Shown here piece by piece: positions 9,156 through 20,912 of a stretch of DNA of 64,000 nucleotides. The stretch spans positions 1 to 64,000 of IMG/VR virus record IMGVR_UViG_3300023083_000001; one strand, written 5' to 3'. The notes beneath the pieces are model-generated. The model was not told where the DNA came from, did not search any database, and saw only the letters and a program-made list of their open reading frames with translations. Each line of letters starts with the position of its first letter. Within the stretch, counting starts at the first letter, position 1. Made by a program: the position numbers and the translations under genes.

Positions 9156-9635
9156 ACAACATAAAACAACGCCCCATTTCGGTGGGGCGTCTATGGCCTT
9201 CGAGGATTCCCATGCCAGAAATCAAAGCTCCGTGGGCAGTCAGTTTCAAAGAAGCTACTAACGATGAAATCGAATATAGCGTCGTTCGTATTGACAACGA
9301 TCACGGTTTTAAGTCGTGGCGTTGGATTGAACCTGACCGTAAATTGATTGTGGCGTGTTCGCGTGATGCGGATTACAAATACCCACAGTTTCTTAAGGAC
9401 CGTTTGAAAGTAATCGCTATCGATTACGCTAACCACCTGAACGAGCAGGAAGGTCAGGGCGATTTTAACGTCATGTGGCATGAAGACACAAAACCACCTC
9501 ACGCAGTAGAGGTTGTGCCTGAACCGCTGAGTACAGAACAGCAAAATCTAGCCGTCGAATTATTTCGGGCGCAGCGTAAATTGGTTAACGATATCACCGC
9601 CTCCTACCCACCCTACATTCTTACGGAACCCAAAG

Positions 9636-11477
9636 ATGTTGAATAAAGTCGATCGTGAATTTCACAGTTTGTACGAACGTATCCTCAAAGACGGCGCTTT
9701 GAAAGAAGACCGTACCGGTGTGGGTACTATCATGTTACCAGCGCAGACAATGCGCTTTGATTGCCGGGATGGGAAGATGCCGATCCTCTCCACTCGCAAG
9801 ATCCACACGCGTAGCTTTATTCACGAGATGCTCTGGTTCATCTCTGGTGAGAGCAGCATCAAGTACCTGCGTGACAACAAGGTCGGTATCTGGGACAGTT
9901 GGTTTATCAAAGGTACTGACAAGTACGACGAACCGGTAACCAAATACTTGGCAGTTGAAGAACGTCTCAAGTTACCAGAAGCGATTAACCGCTGGGAGGA
10001 GATTGATTTCACCCTGAAGACCGCTTTGGAAAACGCCATTGGTGTCGGTAGTGCTCAACTGGAAATGGTTACACCAGACGGCACTGTCATCGAATACCGA
10101 AACCTCAACGGCCAGGTGTATAGCGAGTTCAGTAAATACCTGGATACGCTACAAGTTCCGACCCACGCTACGCCGGCTATTATCGGGCTTGATCTTAACC
10201 AACGTTTGACTTGGGCTCTAGACCACGGTCATAACGACGCTGTCTACGAGTACAGTCGTGTACTACCCGGCAGCGCTGATCATCAGGTTGCTCAGATCAC
10301 ACTCAAGGACCGCAATGGTGATCGTGTTGTCATCGGCTTAGGTAAGTCGCACGTTAACGAACTAAATGACTTCCTGACATCCCTCGGCGCGCCGACGGTA
10401 AGGTCAAATGGCAGCGATCCGATTTCACTTCAACGCCGGCTGGCTCGTGTCTCCAAGAACGATACTGACAAGTGGGACGCTATCAATCGCGTTATCGACG
10501 AAGACTGGGAAAGTCTGCGTGTCAACTGGGTGGGTGAATCCATCTTGAATGCCGAAGACTCCAAAGACTACGTTGTCTTCCGTGAAGGTAAGTTCCAGAC
10601 CGTCACGCTGATCCCACTGGTGGCCGCTTGCGTCAATGAACGGTTGAACCAACTGAAAGTCCCAGCCTACGAACTCCTCGATGCTGACATCGGTCAAGGT
10701 GGTTACGGTCCCCAGTGGCGTAAATGGCAGGATACTCAAATGGTCCATCATTCTGACAAAGCGACTTACGAGGCTCAAGGATATCACCGCATAACCGAGA
10801 TACAAGTAGAGCACGCATCTTACGATTATGCTGGTTTGGTTATCATGCATCGTGAAATCGATCAGCTGCAAAACGTGATCGACAAGCTGATGATCAACCC
10901 TGACGACCGCCGTATGATCGTTACGGCTCACAACCCTGGCCGTACCTGGCAGGCAGCGCTGCCGCCGTGTCATCTGTACTTCCAGTTTGTTACGCGTTTG
11001 GGTACCGAAGCTGAACTTTTTCAGATCATTGAAAAATCGAACTTGGTCGAACAGTTCAAAGGGGAGTTAGCAACCACTCCCATGCGTCGAAATCAAACTC
11101 GCGATTTCATGATTCGTTTCTGCAACAAACATTCCATCTCAACACGTTACCTAACGTTGTACGTGCAGCTCAGGTCTAACGATGTTCCGTTGGGCGCAGT
11201 TTTCAATGTGGCACAATACGCATTGTTGTTACACATGGTCGCTCAGGTGGTCAACATGGAACCTGACGAACTGATCAGCATGGGTGTGGATTCACACATC
11301 TATCTAAATCAGGTCGACCACATCAAAGAACTCCTCGAGCGTGAGTCGCCAGAAACAACTGATCCTCGGGTGGTCTTTAAGCGTCAAGTGGCAAGTATCG
11401 ATGACTTCACGTTTGACGACATCGAGATCGTAGGTTATGAAAGCGGTCCTGAGTTGAAGATCCCAGTAGCTGTCTAA
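9636..11477 (+). CDS. thyA: thymidylate synthase with large insertions (613 aa)
   Basis: DRTGVGT, EMLWFISG, YGPQWR, PDDRRMIV, ALPPCH, RSNDVPLGAVFN (dUMP-specifying Asn), DSHIYLNQ. Confidence 0.95.
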   Translation: MLNKVDREFHSLYERILKDGALKEDRTGVGTIMLPAQTMRFDCRDGKMPILSTRKIHTRSFIHEMLWFISGESSIKYLRDNKVGIWDSWFIKGTDKYDEPVTKYLAVEERLKLPEAINRWEEIDFTLKTALENAIGVGSAQLEMVTPDGTVIEYRNLNGQVYSEFSKYLDTLQVPTHATPAIIGLDLNQRLTWALDHGHNDAVYEYSRVLPGSADHQVAQITLKDRNGDRVVIGLGKSHVNELNDFLTSLGAPTVRSNGSDPISLQRRLARVSKNDTDKWDAINRVIDEDWESLRVNWVGESILNAEDSKDYVVFREGKFQTVTLIPLVAACVNERLNQLKVPAYELLDADIGQGGYGPQWRKWQDTQMVHHSDKATYEAQGYHRITEIQVEHASYDYAGLVIMHREIDQLQNVIDKLMINPDDRRMIVTAHNPGRTWQAALPPCHLYFQFVTRLGTEAELFQIIEKSNLVEQFKGELATTPMRRNQTRDFMIRFCNKHSISTRYLTLYVQLRSNDVPLGAVFNVAQYALLLHMVAQVVNMEPDELISMGVDSHIYLNQVDHIKELLERESPETTDPRVVFKRQVASIDDFTFDDIEIVGYESGPELKIPVAV

Positions 11478-11524
11478 CCCTCACGTCCCAAGGATGGGAC
11501 ACCTAACTTTCAGAGATGTTGCTG

Positions 11525-12145
11525 ATGACCACCGTAGCGTTCGATGGGAAGATATTGGCTGCCGATACATTAGCAGTACACACCAATGACGATGTAGACC
11601 GTTTCTGCTTGACTTGCAATACTTGCACCGAAGAGGTGGGTGCGGACATCAGTAAGATTCATCTCTACGAAAAGGAAGTGTCTTATAAAGGACAAACCGT
11701 CATCGCCACGGCAAGACTCGGCAGTGCCATTGTATCTAAAGCCATGGACACGTCCCTGGAGTTGGGTCAACTGAACGAAGAGACACTGGAGATTGTTTTC
11801 AGGTTTCTACAATACCGTAATGAAGTCTGCGATGCCACATTGGCTATCTGGACACGTGAATCATTCTGGGTGGTGCGAATCATCGACGGTAAGTTCTCCG
11901 TTACTGAAGTTACGCAATTCCCGTGGGAAGGCGGTAGCGGTGGTTATGTCGCGATGACTGCCATGAAGTACATGGGTCTGAATGCAACTGATGCGTTGGC
12001 CATTGCGACTGACATCGACTACCACAGCGGTGGCCCTGTCGAAAGCGTCGTATTCAAAGACAACACCTATTCATTGGTGAAGACTGAGTATACCGCTAGT
12101 CAGTTGGAGCAGTTAAAGAAATTACCCTCAACCAACCCGCTTTGA
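11525..12145 (+). CDS. HslV-like Ntn-hydrolase (threonine peptidase fold)
   Basis: N-terminal MTTVAFDGKILAADT; GSGG.VA..AM; A..IA...D..SGG. Confidence 0.7.
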   Translation: MTTVAFDGKILAADTLAVHTNDDVDRFCLTCNTCTEEVGADISKIHLYEKEVSYKGQTVIATARLGSAIVSKAMDTSLELGQLNEETLEIVFRFLQYRNEVCDATLAIWTRESFWVVRIIDGKFSVTEVTQFPWEGGSGGYVAMTAMKYMGLNATDALAIATDIDYHSGGPVESVVFKDNTYSLVKTEYTASQLEQLKKLPSTNPL

Positions 12146-12156
12146 AATAAAGGAGA

Positions 12157-12822
12157 TTGTTTATGGCTTGTGTCTGGACGCTCGAACAAATGCCCGGTGA
12201 CAGTACGGAGTTCCTTATCAATGAGTTTAATGAATATTACGAACTCACCAAACTTAAAGAGTTCAAACTCTACGATTGGCGTCGGCAACATTGGTTCGAA
12301 GTCAAAGCCGGTGACATGACTGTTGGTTACGATCGTGACGATGGGTCGGTGGTCTACCTGTATCGCGGTAAGCTCGACGGCTCTGAAGGGGACGTTACTT
12401 CAGAGTACGTTACAGTCAAGCAAGAGGATTATCCAAACCTTGACCCACACACAGTTCTTGGTCGCGCTCATGGTAATCTTCGCCGCATCGTAGCACAACT
12501 CAACTTCAGGGCAAAGGATCTTTGGAACGAACGTGTGATCCTTAAATACGATCATAACAAAGTTTGCACCACTCTCAACGGTGTAGAAGTTGGAGTTTAT
12601 TATAAAACGGACAGCGTTCAGATCGTTGGCGCGATGGATTACCCGCTTGGGATGAAGCTTACAGTGGGGGATGAAAAATATCTCTTGTCGACAAACTGGG
12701 GTGACAGCTTCCTCATCTTTAAGTACGTAAAGGATTCAAAGATTGACAAAACTGTGTCAGTGGATGAGTTAATCATTCCAGGCGACCATCCAGCGCTCCA
12801 ATTCATTAAACCTGTGGAGTAA
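12157..12822 (+). CDS. hypothetical protein
   Basis: AAGGAG RBS, 221-aa ORF in operon. Confidence 0.7.
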   Translation: MFMACVWTLEQMPGDSTEFLINEFNEYYELTKLKEFKLYDWRRQHWFEVKAGDMTVGYDRDDGSVVYLYRGKLDGSEGDVTSEYVTVKQEDYPNLDPHTVLGRAHGNLRRIVAQLNFRAKDLWNERVILKYDHNKVCTTLNGVEVGVYYKTDSVQIVGAMDYPLGMKLTVGDEKYLLSTNWGDSFLIFKYVKDSKIDKTVSVDELIIPGDHPALQFIKPVE

Positions 12823-13403
12823 GTAACGATGTCCGGTACCAGCATCTTTTCTGTAAAGCGTCTCTGGATTGCAATCCCTGTAACCAATAAAGACGGTGTA
12901 GTTGTGCGTCATCGGAAAGCCCGTCTAATCCGAGGTCCGTTTAAAGGTGTCAAGAGCGACGTGGGTTCGGTATCGACCTACACCTTTGCGGTAACGAAAC
13001 GTCAGGTCAGCGGTGACTTTGTCGTCAAGTTAGACAAGGCTACGGGTAACTGCACCGCAGACGCTGACAAGCTGATCGTTCACCACAAACTTGCTAAACG
13101 CAAGTACGTAGTGATCGGTTACGCTCTCGACGCTAATATCACCAACACTAATCGCCGCGCTGCGGCTGTGGAGCTTTAAACAATGGGTATCAGTGAAGAA
13201 ACGTTCAAGCCGGGTCCCTATTACGAAATATCTGGTTTTGGGGAATACGACGTAGTTGTCGTATTTGGCCGACACACCGATAAAGAACAAGCTCAAGCGC
13301 AGTTCGATAAGCTGGCTGCGATTAAGGTTAGCAACCCTGATTCTAAAGTAACGTTGTACGAGGTGACCAAAACTCCAATCGCTACTGCGTTTACGGGAAG
13401 GCG

Positions 13404-13829
13404 TTGATCATGCCAATGTCGTTAGAGCAGTACCTGTTGGGACGAGTGGCTGAAGAGTGTTCTGAGTTGGCTAAGGCTGCAATGAAAGCTCAGTCCTTCG
13501 GGATGGACAGCTATTCCCCCAAGGACAGAACCACCGGCGATAAAGTCATCGATGCTGAATACGTCGATGTGGAAACTGTCTACGGGATGTTGAACGAAGT
13601 ACGTCACCGTGTTTACCATACCGGATCGAAGTCTGATGCACATCTGCGTAAACGTGTAAAGGTCATCCTCTTTCTACGTCGGGCGTTGTCGGCGAATACG
13701 GTGGTGTTGACTCCCGAAGAACAGCAATGGGCCGACACCATCGCCAATAACTACACGGAAGTTTACGTTGAGCTTCAGATGGAGCATGCATTCGTAGTTG
13801 CTGCTGCTGCGTTGGGGGTTGGTCAATGA
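13404..13829 (+). CDS. MazG-like all-alpha nucleotide pyrophosphohydrolase
   Basis: VAEECSELAKAAMK...EYVDV acidic motifs. Confidence 0.6.
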   Translation: MIMPMSLEQYLLGRVAEECSELAKAAMKAQSFGMDSYSPKDRTTGDKVIDAEYVDVETVYGMLNEVRHRVYHTGSKSDAHLRKRVKVILFLRRALSANTVVLTPEEQQWADTIANNYTEVYVELQMEHAFVVAAAALGVGQ

Positions 13830-14386
13830 ATACCAACCACACACTCACCGAGGAACAACAATGGCGCCAAGAAGAACACGACCGCCTGTTTCATTTTGAC
13901 ATCTATACACTCAGCAAACATCACCGACTGGCCCACTTGACCTTACACATGGCTAAGTACAACGGGAAGCTCTTGCAGGCTATTGGTGATGTAAGTCGGG
14001 TGCAGGGCGTATGTGTCGATGCTTTTATCGTAATGACGTCCATCCTCAACACGCTTGGTCATTCATTGGGAGATAAAGAGATAGCAGAGATTTCATACGG
14101 GGCTAACGTCGATTACGCCATTCGTCCATTGGTTATTGAAACCGGCAAGCTCTGCAAGGTAGTCGAAGCCATCGACCATCTCGAATACATCGACATCAGG
14201 AAGACCAGCCTGGAGATCGTTACGAAGTTGTTGAGCGTATGGTTGTTTGTGTGGGTGGAGACTTCAGGTACGTTTGAACAGCTAAGTCAGTCGATCCTTG
14301 AGCGCTTGATCCAGGTAGAGCAAAAGAACATCTTCTACAGACAAATCGTGGAAGAGAACCCACACCTTGGAGCCAATCATGAGTGA
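13826..14386 (+). CDS. hypothetical all-helical protein
   Basis: Overlaps stop of previous gene; operon context. Confidence 0.65.
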   Translation: MNTNHTLTEEQQWRQEEHDRLFHFDIYTLSKHHRLAHLTLHMAKYNGKLLQAIGDVSRVQGVCVDAFIVMTSILNTLGHSLGDKEIAEISYGANVDYAIRPLVIETGKLCKVVEAIDHLEYIDIRKTSLEIVTKLLSVWLFVWVETSGTFEQLSQSILERLIQVEQKNIFYRQIVEENPHLGANHE

Positions 14387-15805
14387 ACGTATTGCAGGTG
14401 TTGTCAAAGCAGGCGAAACAATTACTCTTGGCTGGAGCTATTACCAAAACCGTGAACACATCCTCACAGCGTTAGTCGACTTTGACGCTGGTAACGATTT
14501 GGCTGAGTTAAGGCAACGCCTGATCGACGATAAGCAGGATGACGATACAGACGAACTCGAGCTTGAGGAGTTCTATCCTAAAGTCATTGAGCGTTGGACT
14601 CTCCTCGGCTACGTGACTGAAGTCAAGATCATTCACGGGTTCATTGGAGCGACTGTTCCAAGTTACGGTGTCAGTCAATTCAACGTCAATGAATGGAGAC
14701 TTGTCCCGGACGACTAACTCTCTGTCAATGTTCAAATCCGTAAATTAATGAGGAACCGTATCATGAGTAAAGCTAAGTCTGATCAATGGCGTAAATCTAA
14801 CAGCGAATACAAGAAAGAGAAAGCGTTGGAACACAACGAACTGTACGAGTACATGAAGAAGAAGGGTGGTGAGAAAGAAATCATCCCAGCGACCGCTGGG
14901 CGTACCGGCGCTTCTAACCCACCTCGTAAGTAGGAGGCGTTATGTCGGAAGTACCCCAGTACCAATACACCTTCTTCGGCCCAGAAGCGTGTCTCAAGAA
15001 ACTCACCCACATGCATGACGTGGATGCAGTTATTGACGACCGTCAATGGATCATGGGTAAGGAAGTCTTGTCTCTTCTGAACTCCAACACGTTCCCAGAG
15101 CCTGGCTTCACCAGGATCCGTCCTGATATCAAACTGGACACCGAACTGGAAACGATCACCATGCGTCTTGACTACACTGAACATGACGGTGTCACTATCG
15201 CGATCGCTGGTGGTGTGATGTCAGTAACCATCAAGCCTGTGAAAGTCATGCGTACACCATCCGGGGGTTAACGTGTTCAAGACATTCTTCCAGAAGCGTA
15301 AACTCAGGATGAAGGAAGCCGTACTCAACCACCTACTCAGGCAGATGGTGCGTAATAACTACCCCTACCTCTCCCTGAAGATAGACATCGGCCATCCGAG
15401 TCTGATCGGCGATTACCTCATCCTTGGGTTCAACGAGGAGAAGGTGTGGTTTGTCGTTGGTGATAAAGTAGCCTGGGTCTACAAGTGGCAAGTGTTGACC
15501 AGTGCTAACGCCATGACCAGTCTGGAAACGGAGATGTTGGCTCGCATTAGCAACTCCTATTACCAAGGGGAGGTCATTGACGCTCTCGAAGCGTTTACCC
15601 CGTACTTCGGCCAATCGGTTATCTTGACCGATAAGACTACAGGCCAGAAATACATCACTCATAACTTCCAGATCCATCGGGGACATCTGCTAGATCGAGA
15701 AGATCCACCTCAGACGTTGGCCGTTCACTTCACTCCAGGGTGGGAAGTTGGTTTCTTTTACCTGCACCACTGCACACCTTCCCCTTACATCAAGGAGTAA
15801 TTTGA

Positions 15806-16282
15806 ATGAGTTCTATTGAAGTAGAGCTACTTGATCTATTCATCCCTACAAAAGCTACCGGTCGTACTTATCTGGTGACTCCGGCGCTGTTGTTCTGGAT
15901 TGAAAAGATGTACTCCAACGGCGTAACGGTCGAATGGCAGTCGCCTTCCAGGCCTGAGACTATGGGCGCTGAGGACTGGATCAAACGCATTCGAACGATC
16001 GATCTAAGTTCAGGCGCTGGATTGCTTAGCGGGTTTCGTCTGAAGACTGTCGACGGCGTCGTCAAACTGACCGGCCTCTTCACCCCTTGTGGTCCGCACG
16101 GCGACTTTGGTAGTAAGATCTTGCGCGACAATTCGGCCATGTTCTCTATGCGGGCGTTTTCTAGCAAGATCTCGACGAACGGGAGACCGACCTGGTGGAT
16201 TGATGAAGTGATCACCTTTGACCTCTCCCCATTACCGAGTCCTAAAGATGACAGCAGCAACGGAGTTGTGGACAAAGCCTGA
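15806..16282 (+). CDS. prohead-protease-like (T4 gp21 fold) paralog, possibly inactive
   Basis: TGRTY, RIRTID, PCGPHG, FSMRAFS, ITFDL pattern. Confidence 0.5.
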   Translation: MSSIEVELLDLFIPTKATGRTYLVTPALLFWIEKMYSNGVTVEWQSPSRPETMGAEDWIKRIRTIDLSSGAGLLSGFRLKTVDGVVKLTGLFTPCGPHGDFGSKILRDNSAMFSMRAFSSKISTNGRPTWWIDEVITFDLSPLPSPKDDSSNGVVDKA

Positions 16283-17284
16283 AGACCTCACTGACGCTCA
16301 GAAGGCGTTAACGGTTGTAGCCCGCTGGAAGTATATCGAAGTAATGCCCGATGACTCCATGCGGGCTGTGGATGAAGTAACGGGGGTCTTGGGAAACCTC
16401 ACCGCCTTTGCTGTAACTTTCCAAGGAATACAGATAGGAGATGTATCGGAAGTCCGTGAAGGACCTACACGGGAAGAAGACGTCGTTGTCATCTATCGAA
16501 AAGAACGTTTTACTGATCAGCCGGGGTAATTGTGGACAATCTAACAGAGATTCAAAAACTCAACAACGAATTGATCGAAACCCATCAGAAGCTGATCGAG
16601 GCGCAGGCTTTGATCAAAGGTCCTGAGGGTTATGCGACCTGGCGCGATGCGGCTGTTCATGAACGGTCTCTTCGTGTTGCCGAGCGTCGTGAGGGTATCA
16701 AGGACCACGATGTAGAAATCGGTTCATTCAAATACCCATCCGAAGAAGACCGTACCAAGTGGTGTGTGGGTGAGTGGGCCAGACACTACGGTGCATTCGA
16801 GAACGATAAGGACCAAGTCTGTTTTGGCAGCTGGTTTGCGTTTGCCAATCTGGTCATTGGTGTGGTCAAGTGCTTCAAACCCAAAGTCGAACAGGAGTTA
16901 AACCATTGAAACCCAAACAAGAACATGCAGCTAGTAAAATGCAAGGTACTGAAGTTGAGTTCGCTGAAATCACAGCGGGTATCCAGATGACCATGCTGTT
17001 GAAGATGGCCAGCTCCTTCAACCTGGCTGTCATGGATTTCAGTGAAGAAGTTCTTCACGAAACTCACATGCACGACGTGGACGTTACGGTGCGTATTAAG
17101 ACAGACGCTCGTGGTATTGGTGAGATTCACTTCATCACAACTGAGTTCCAACCTTCTGTCTGGAAGCTTGGCGGTATGTACGCATTACGTACGTCCCAGG
17201 ATCGTGAACTGGCAGGGTTGCAGCCCTTTCAGATGCTCACGTGTTTGAACATGGCGCTTCTGAAACTGCGAAGCAGAACCAGTC

Positions 17285-17542
17285 ATGACGTTCACTGAGT
17301 TAATCGCGCAGTTCAAACCCGGTATGATTGCGCAACGTCCCTCCTGGGATGCGCAATACACCCTCCAGCAAAAGGAGGGTGATGTCATCCGCTTGCGCGA
17401 CAAACGGTGCCCAAGCTTCGGTCCGCAGTGGCGTCAATCAGGTTACGACGCCGCGGCAGACGACTACGTGTTTGTAGTCCCTGTCGTTGAAGAGCTGGTG
17501 GACTTACCTGTTTGTAATGCTGTGCAGGTAACTACCGCCTAA
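17285..17542 (+). CDS. DUF2829/Tad2-like protein
   Basis: MTF.E....K.G....R.SW ... W..S..D..A.DY pattern. Confidence 0.6.
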   Translation: MTFTELIAQFKPGMIAQRPSWDAQYTLQQKEGDVIRLRDKRCPSFGPQWRQSGYDAAADDYVFVVPVVEELVDLPVCNAVQVTTA

Positions 17543-17909
17543 TTAGGATGTGCATATGGAAAATCACGATCACCTCACGCCAGAGTTCCTCTTAGAAGTA
17601 TCGGGGATGTTGGTCTTGTCCATGGGGGATAAGTTCCAGGAAGCTGTGGAAGCTGAGACACAACTGCAAGTGCGTAGTTCCGAGATCGAAGGGATTTTGA
17701 TGATCGTCTCGTTCACCCAGGTTCAGGAGGGTGGTCGTCTGATTGAATTTCACACGCCATCTGAAACGATTGCTTTGGAATTCAACTATGTTCCAAACGC
17801 AGAAGTCAAAGTCGTGAGGTATCATAAGGCTGTCGATACCAAGGCTATTGGCGCAGACACGTTACTCAGTGTGTTAGGTTCTGCACTTGAGAAACTCCAC
17901 GAATAAACG

Positions 17910-17954
17910 GCATAGACCACCTGGGTGTACCCAGGTGGCTTTGTTCTTTTTTTT
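17910..17954 (+). terminator. intrinsic terminator (CATA-hairpin type)
   Basis: CCACCTGGGT-GT-ACCCAGGTGG followed by a T-run. Confidence 0.75.
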
Positions 17955-17960
17955 GTATTA

Positions 17961-17988
17961 ATTTAGAGTCATACATCATCCGACTGAA
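17961..17988 (+). promoter_or_regulatory. putative phage early promoter
   Basis: ATTTAGAGTCA-TACATCAT-N5-TGAA. Confidence 0.65.
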
Positions 17989-20033
17989 CGATGTATTCTC
18001 ATGAGGAGTGTAGTTACATGGCTTTTGACTTAAACGGCTTGCATTTGGCACTGATGGCCGCTGCGTTGGAATACGCGGATGACCAAGGTGTGCTGTTTGA
18101 CGATCTCGAAACCATCATTGAGATTGGTGAATCGAGAGTGAACGTTGGCGTCTACTTCGTCAATGCCCCGCAACAAGTAGTCAGTATCCGTAAGCGCCGA
18201 GATGCAGCTGCACTTACAGATACCGTCTTCAGATTCGTGACGATGTTTGAAACCATCAACTATCGTTATTACGCCTCCAACCGAGGTCTGGAATTGCTAG
18301 ACCGCACCGTAGGACACCCAGATGATCCGAAGCTTTCTCAGGATGATCAGTTGCGCCTTCTGAAAGAGGCTTTGGTAGCCGCTACAGAGTAACGCCGCAA
18401 ATGGTGACTTCCATGTACATCCAGCTCAATGATAACTCTCCGTACAGTCTCATGGACCGTATAGCGTTGACCCAAATGGCAACGGCTATCATGACGCTAC
18501 ACCAGAACAGTATCAGTTTCCTGCCTGGTGAAATCTTCACGTACACGTTACACAGCTCAACTGATCACCACCAAGCCTCGGTGCTCTTTAAAGACATCAA
18601 CGGGGTAGGTGTGCATGTCACGATCTACACTGAACACCAAACCAGTGAATGGCAATGGTTGTTGGGTGAAGATCAGATTCGCCCTCTGAACCACACCACG
18701 CACACGTTTAACGGGTATGTGGAACCTGTCAGTTTGATAGACAAGGTAGCCTTGGTTAACAGGGCTATCCAGGATGTGGTGCAACGTCACTTGATGTCGG
18801 TGGGTAAGCGGGAGTAACTTTGATCCAAATGGGATGAGTTGGATCGTTTGGTCCGGTTCGTTTCACCGGGAGATAAGAGGATGCCACGCGTGCTAATCAA
18901 TCGCCGACGGTTACTTGTGGGTGACCGGTTTGTACTCCCTGGTGATCGAGACCGAACTCTATACGAGGTAATGGGTAATAGTCCTGAGGGATTAATCCTA
19001 AGGCCAAGGAAAGGAGGTTGGTACGGTTACCTTCATATCGACTCCGGCGTCGTAACAGGGAGTGAACAAGGTAGTGAGTTCAAGGAATTACTCAAAGTGC
19101 CAGATGCAGTGGCAATGAGAGAATGCGACGTGATCTAAACATATCGGCGGGCTAGTTCCCGCCTTTATGCCCTAAACCTATAATTGGAATTGGAACTATG
19201 TACGCTACTAATCCACTGATTGCTCAATTTGAACAGAACCTGGCACTTCGCAAGATTGCCGGGGTCATCCAGACGTCCAATGAATTGAAGGTCGATCTGG
19301 TTAATCATCGCTACATCGTACAGGAAAAGATTATCCCTCGTTACATCGACGTGACGTTCTATCGTGATTCCAGCGGCGTGTCGATTAAACTACACGACCA
19401 GGACATTACAGTCACACTCAACTGTTCGTACGGTGATGATCCTACCAAGATTGTCGATACCCTCTTTCGCGCGACTGTCGTTGATATCATCGTCCACACG
19501 ACCGTTGAACCTAGACGATCGATGGCCAATCGTCCTTCCCTGTGGGTCGATGCAGTGACTTCAGCGATCACTACCGAAGCCTGGAAGAAGTGGCCTCAGA
19601 TCGACTAACGTCAAATAATACCGAACTGGAATCTTGTATACCTACTGAAGGATTTGTGCCATGACTTTGCGGAGACCCACCGCTCCAAACCAGATCAAAC
19701 AGATTCAGAAGCTGACGAAGCTGATCAATGAATCCAGTTATCTGTTTGTTACCGACAACGAAGTCCACACCGGTCAGAAGCTCTCTGAAGGTGAGTGGTT
19801 GCCACGGGTGGACGAATTCATCAGCGACCCTATCTCGGGTATCCCTGACACCGACTATGACCGCATGTACACCAGGGCGTTGCTGACTAAGCGTTTCAGT
19901 CAGTACCTGGATAAGACGGTGGTCGAGAAGTTCACGCGTTGTCTGATCGACCCCACACCTGCCGACCCTAAGCAGGTAGCTATTAACAACCTGATCAAAA
20001 CATTTAAGAGAAAGAAATAAAAGGAGCGTCAGT

Positions 20034-20411
20034 ATGAAGTTTGTCAGTAAACCCGAAGAAGTAGAAGCTATCCAGCTGACGACTGAGAATTTGAATGAAG
20101 TGCGCAAATGGCTGGAAGCCGCGCCCAAAACTCCGTTCACTCTCAAGCGTCGTGGGAACACTCTTGATTTGACAGTGCAGACGCCAAACGGTCTGGTGCA
20201 GGTACCGCCTGGCCATTACTTGATCAAGTTGATCGGTGAAGCTGAGGTGGTGAACGAAACGCTGTTCAAGCAGTACTTCAGCCAGTTGGCTAATCAGGTC
20301 GTGCGCAAGCCCGTACCTAAACGCTTGGACGCCTGGTTGCCGACTGTGCTGGGTAATAACATCCAGACATTGAACGTCACCATCAACAACTTCGGCGTAA
20401 GGCGGCGATGA
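20034..20411 (+). CDS. conserved phage protein (KP..VEAIQ family)
   Basis: KPEEVEAIQLT...TPNG...V.PGHYLIK...F...F; related to the N-terminus of 52998-54017. Confidence 0.6.
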   Translation: MKFVSKPEEVEAIQLTTENLNEVRKWLEAAPKTPFTLKRRGNTLDLTVQTPNGLVQVPPGHYLIKLIGEAEVVNETLFKQYFSQLANQVVRKPVPKRLDAWLPTVLGNNIQTLNVTINNFGVRRR

Positions 20412-20684
20412 TGGAAGTCCTCATTAAGCAAACGAGTGAGGAATGTGAAACAGCCGAAGACGCTTTCGATCTCATGCACGCTCTGCGGCAGATGGAGGGA
20501 TGTGTCTTTGGTTATGTCAACATCGATGAATGTAAGTCGGTGAGTTTCCATCAACCTAACCCACCCATTACCTACGAAGATATTCAAGTCGGTAATGGTC
20601 AGACTTTCGCCAGGCAAGAGTACGTCCTTGTACTTGAGTGTGACGAAGATCGGTTACCTGTTACGTATGCGAAGGAGATCGATA

Positions 20685-20912
20685 GTGACGCCTGAAGAAG
20701 AAGTCGCTCTGCGTAAGATGCTGCTGAAGTTGGTATCTTCGATTATGGACTTGCGTTTTAATACTGTCCAAGCGGTCAGTAAAGAAATTGGTATTCCAAC
20801 CGAACAGCTCAACCACATCCTCAACAGCACCATCGGGAAGGTCAAGATTGACACGATCCTGACGATTGCCCACAAGGCTGGTAAACAGGTCATGGTCAAG
20901 ATCGATGACTGA
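20685..20912 (+). CDS. XRE-family HTH protein
   Basis: AAGGAG RBS before GTG; VSKEIGIPTEQLNHILN...KVKIDTILTIA. Confidence 0.65.
   Translation: MTPEEEVALRKMLLKLVSSIMDLRFNTVQAVSKEIGIPTEQLNHILNSTIGKVKIDTILTIAHKAGKQVMVKIDD

Noticed and set aside
9930-10690. Intein or intron in thyA
   Set aside because: Frame is open, no Cys/Ser start or His-Asn end, no LAGLIDADG motif and no group I core
9636-11477. DNA base-modification hydroxymethylase
   Set aside because: Retains the dUMP-specifying Asn and sits with DHFR and Tmk; no glycosyltransferase or other modification genes in the window
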